DNA from: an uncultured Verrucomicrobiota bacterium
GTDB lineage: Bacteria; Verrucomicrobiota; Verrucomicrobiia; CAIQCK01
Length of the DNA: 64,000 nucleotides
Reading direction: 5' to 3'
NCBI GenBank assembly: GCA_964524715.1
Contig: CAZGGF010000276.1
Location: 6,135 to 70,134 of the forward strand
Both the position numbers and the translations under genes were made by a program. Under the pieces are notes generated by a model. It saw nothing but the letters and a program-made list of their open reading frames with translations, had not been told where the DNA came from and did not search any database. Positions 61,313 through 64,000 of this stretch are shown here, piece by piece. Within the stretch, counting starts at the first letter, position 1, and each line of letters opens with the position of its first letter.

Positions 61313-61987
61313 TTAGCGCTCATCGCGGGCCACTGCGTCGAGCAGCGCCTTGACCTGGCTCATCGCACGTGCCCGGTGGCTGAGGGTGTTCTTCACGTCC
61401 TCGCCGAGTTCGGCAAACGTCAACTCGCAACCTTCAGCCACGAAAAGCGGATCGTAACCAAATCCACCCACGCCGCGCGGCTCAAACAGGAGGCGGCCTT
61501 CGCATGTTCCCGCGCACAATGCCACCATTCGATCGTCGCGTCGTTCGCACGGCACCCCCGTTTGCTTCGCCGCGGCCACCAATGCGGGCGAGGCGCCGGC
61601 AATGGCGATTACACATTGAAAGCGTGCGGTACGTTTCTCAGCCGGCACACCGGCCAGTGCGCGCAGGAGTTTTGCGTTATTCTGCTGGTCATTGGGTCGC
61701 GGGCCGCCAGGCTCCTGCGCGTAACGCGCCGACATCACGCCCGGCGCACCGCCAAGCGCATCCACTTCAAGTCCTGAGTCGTCGGCAAGCGTGAACATGC
61801 CATGTGGCGCAATTCGTGCCGCCCAGACCGCTTTCTTGGCCGCGTTGCCGGCGAATGTCGGCTCGTCCTCAACAACGTCAGTGGCTGATGGCATGGCATC
61901 CAAACCAATCACTTCGAACCCGGAGCCGAGGATGGCGCGGAGTTCGACAAGTTTATGCCGGTTGCGTGTCGCTGCGAGTAATTGCAT
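61313..61987 (-). CDS. rdgB: RdgB/HAM1 non-canonical purine NTP pyrophosphatase
   Basis: Start set at MQLLAATRNRHKLVELRAIL (61987). ADDSGLEVDALGGAPGVMSARYA, GFGYDPLF and SHRARA. Confidence 0.88.
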   Translation of the reverse strand: MQLLAATRNRHKLVELRAILGSGFEVIGLDAMPSATDVVEDEPTFAGNAAKKAVWAARIAPHGMFTLADDSGLEVDALGGAPGVMSARYAQEPGGPRPNDQQNNAKLLRALAGVPAEKRTARFQCVIAIAGASPALVAAAKQTGVPCERRDDRMVALCAGTCEGRLLFEPRGVGGFGYDPLFVAEGCELTFAELGEDVKNTLSHRARAMSQVKALLDAVARDER

Positions 61988-62114
61988 AAGCGGGGAAAGT
62001 GCGGACTGCTTCTGTGGAAGGCAAACAAAAACTCCGCACGAAAATGATAGACGTCCGCCGTGATATTCTGGCGTTCGCCACGCCTGAACCCGCATGCAAG
62101 TTTCAGCAAGACAG

Positions 62115-63101
62115 ATGAAACCGGTGGATATGCACGTGCATATTGTGGGCAACGGTTCCAGAGGTAGTGGTTGTTGGGTGCACCCCCGTGGTCTGCACCG
62201 ATTGCTAGCGGCATACATGCTCCATCACAACGGTCTGCCACACGACGCGATCGAAGGTGATCTCGATCGGCTTTACCTTGAGATGTTGCTTCGGTCCCTG
62301 CGCACTTCCTCGCTGGGCGCAGCCCTGATTCTGGCGCATGACGACGTGTATGACGAATCCGGCCGACGGATGGAAGGTGCGGGGGCACTCTACGTCCCGA
62401 ACGATTACGTCCTCGACCTCGCGCGCCAGCATCCGGAGTTTCTGCCGGGGGTTTCGATTCATCCGGCCCGGCCCGATGCAATGGAAGAACTCGACCGTTG
62501 TCTCGCCTCAGGGGCCGTCATGATGAAGCTGTTGCCAAACTCGCAGAACATCGATTGCAATGATCGGCGCTATACCAGGTTTTGGGAACGCCTCGTTGAG
62601 ACCGGCATGCCGCTGCTCATGCACACCGGCGGTGAGCACACTGTGCCAATCATCCGGCGTGAATGGGCCGATCCACGCGTGCTGGAGTGGCCACTGCAAT
62701 GCGGCGTCACCGTCATTGCCGCGCACGTTGCGGGCAGAGGTGGCGTATTTGATCGCGACTATTTCGATGCGTTCACTGAAATGACCGGCCAATATCCGCG
62801 TCTCTATGGCGACCTCAGCGCGCTGAACATTCCGTTTCGCAGCAAACACTTCCGAGCCTGTTTGCGTGAACCGCTGGTCCATCGGCTTTTGCACGGCAGC
62901 GATTTTCCCGTGCCGGTCATGGGCCATTGGGCGTGGATGCGCGGGATGGTGGACTGGAAGACGTTTCGGCGTCTGGAGCACGAGCCAAATCCATTGGAAC
63001 GCGACTACCAACTCAAGCGCGCGATGGGTTTTCCTATGGAAACCTTCACGCACATCTGGCAACTTCTCCGCCAACCAACTGGCAGGTTTCTTGAACCATG
63101 A
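62115..63101 (+). CDS. Amidohydrolase-superfamily (TIM-barrel metal hydrolase) protein
   Basis: MKPVDMHVHIVG (HxH metal motif), LLMHTGG and HGSDFP. The ORF could start at 62094. Confidence 0.65.
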   Translation: MKPVDMHVHIVGNGSRGSGCWVHPRGLHRLLAAYMLHHNGLPHDAIEGDLDRLYLEMLLRSLRTSSLGAALILAHDDVYDESGRRMEGAGALYVPNDYVLDLARQHPEFLPGVSIHPARPDAMEELDRCLASGAVMMKLLPNSQNIDCNDRRYTRFWERLVETGMPLLMHTGGEHTVPIIRREWADPRVLEWPLQCGVTVIAAHVAGRGGVFDRDYFDAFTEMTGQYPRLYGDLSALNIPFRSKHFRACLREPLVHRLLHGSDFPVPVMGHWAWMRGMVDWKTFRRLEHEPNPLERDYQLKRAMGFPMETFTHIWQLLRQPTGRFLEP

Positions 63102-64000
63102 AATATCAACTCGCTCTTCTCCTCGCACTCGCGCAAGCCATCGCCGCCGATACGCAGCGGCCCGGCAACAACCTTGCGCTCGGCAAGCCTTGCACGTTCG
63201 ATCCGAGGCCGAACTACAGTTACTGCACCGACCCCGGCGACAAGACGCAACTCACTGACAGAGTTAACACGAAAGGCCATTTCTGGACGCAGAAGAGCAC
63301 GGTTGGTTGGAGCGGCGCGGCGGGCATCACCATCACGGTTGACCTCGGTTCCGTGCAGCCGATTCGCGGTGTGTCGTTCAACACCGCCGCAGGCGCAGCG
63401 CAGGTCACGTGGCCGGCTAGCATCGTCATCCTCACCAGCGACGATGGCAAAAGCTTTTACCCAGCCGGCGAGTTGATCAACCTCAGCATGAAGCACGGCG
63501 CCGCGCCATGTGACAAGTATGCCGTGCATCGGTTCTGGACCGATGAGTTGCGCACACACGGCCGCTTCGTGTCCTTCCTAGTGATGCCGGGCGGACCTTA
63601 CACGTTCGTGGACGAAATCGAAATCCATCGAGGCGAGCCGGACTGGTTGAAGCTGCCGTTCAGCGGCGAAGGCGTGACGAATGCGAAAGCCTACCAACTC
63701 CATGCGGCATTCGAGCAGCGCATCCGCAAGGACCTGACCGCTGTGCGCGAGGCCGCCGCGAAGCTGAAAGGCGACGCGTCGAGGAATATTCTGGCTGAAC
63801 TTGACGCCGTCGAGCGCGAGTTACCGTCCATGCCACGGCGGCATGACCCAGCGTCGCGCGTCACGTTGCCGTTGAATCCGCTCCATGAGCGCGTCTTTCG
63901 CGCACAAGCGATGGTCTGGCGCGCACAGAAGGCCGCCATGCTCGCTGCTTCGGCCGCAAATCCCTGGGATCCACTCGACATTACCGGCAAGCCATCGAAA
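63098..64000 (+). CDS. Secreted protein with discoidin/F5-8-type-C-like N-terminal domain (5' part only; runs off window end)
   Basis: Not in the supplied track. Hand translation from ATG 63098 (ATGA overlap with the upstream stop) gives MKYQLALLLALAQAIAADTQRPGNNLALGKPCTFDP...ITITVDLGSVQPIRGVSFNTAAG...FVDEIEIHRG.... The frame is open to nt 64000. Confidence 0.6.
   Translation, partial: MKYQLALLLALAQAIAADTQRPGNNLALGKPCTFDPRPNYSYCTDPGDKTQLTDRVNTKGHFWTQKSTVGWSGAAGITITVDLGSVQPIRGVSFNTAAGAAQVTWPASIVILTSDDGKSFYPAGELINLSMKHGAAPCDKYAVHRFWTDELRTHGRFVSFLVMPGGPYTFVDEIEIHRGEPDWLKLPFSGEGVTNAKAYQLHAAFEQRIRKDLTAVREAAAKLKGDASRNILAELDAVERELPSMPRRHDPASRVTLPLNPLHERVFRAQAMVWRAQKAAMLAASAANPWDPLDITGKPSK

Overview
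This is a 64-kb, high-G+C (about 60% by eye) bacterial chromosomal window with about 50 protein-coding genes. I cannot support any rRNA, tRNA, CRISPR array or transposase. The gene content includes a giant PEP-CTERM-anchored repeat protein, DUF1080, LamG and BNR/Asp-box proteins, TAT-signal glycosidases and an Flp pilin. That mix suggests a Verrucomicrobiota/Planctomycetota-type organism, but this is inference only.

Layout:
(i) nt 1-21.6k is a tightly packed, all-minus-strand glycan-utilisation locus headed by an IclR regulator. It holds GH20 x2, GH89, GH13, GH10 x2, a CE4-like gene, a beta-helix protein, DUF1080, a creatininase-family gene, two glucarate-dehydratase-like enolases, an SDR, a MurQ-like gene and an embedded radical-SAM gene with Cx4Cx2C spacing.
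(ii) 21.8-24.5k holds an ACT-domain protein, an SDR and an S41 peptidase homologue lacking the catalytic Ser/Lys.
(iii) 24.6-32.5k holds a nucleotide-sugar cluster (mannose-1-P guanylyltransferase, tandem cytidylyltransferase-fold protein, short GHMP-like kinase, GDP-mannose 3,5-epimerase). It also holds an AraC regulator and a 968-aa DUF5703-type glycosidase with an inserted LamG domain.
(iv) 32.5-35.2k is an AT-richer islet with an orphan Flp pilin, a GGCT-fold protein and a stand-alone receiver.
(v) 35.2-46.1k holds a beta-propeller, two BNR sialidase-like genes and a 7.4-kb gene for a 2460-aa repeat protein.
(vi) 46.3-64k holds housekeeping genes (proC, trmJ, ald, rdgB), sugar-modifying genes, a LytS/LytTR two-component system and REP-like hairpins.

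Two edge-truncated genes missing from the supplied ORF track were found by hand translation (1-695 minus, 63098-64000 plus). I found no clear defence or toxin system. The novelty candidates are listed below with their limits. All family calls rest on motif recognition by eye, not on searches.
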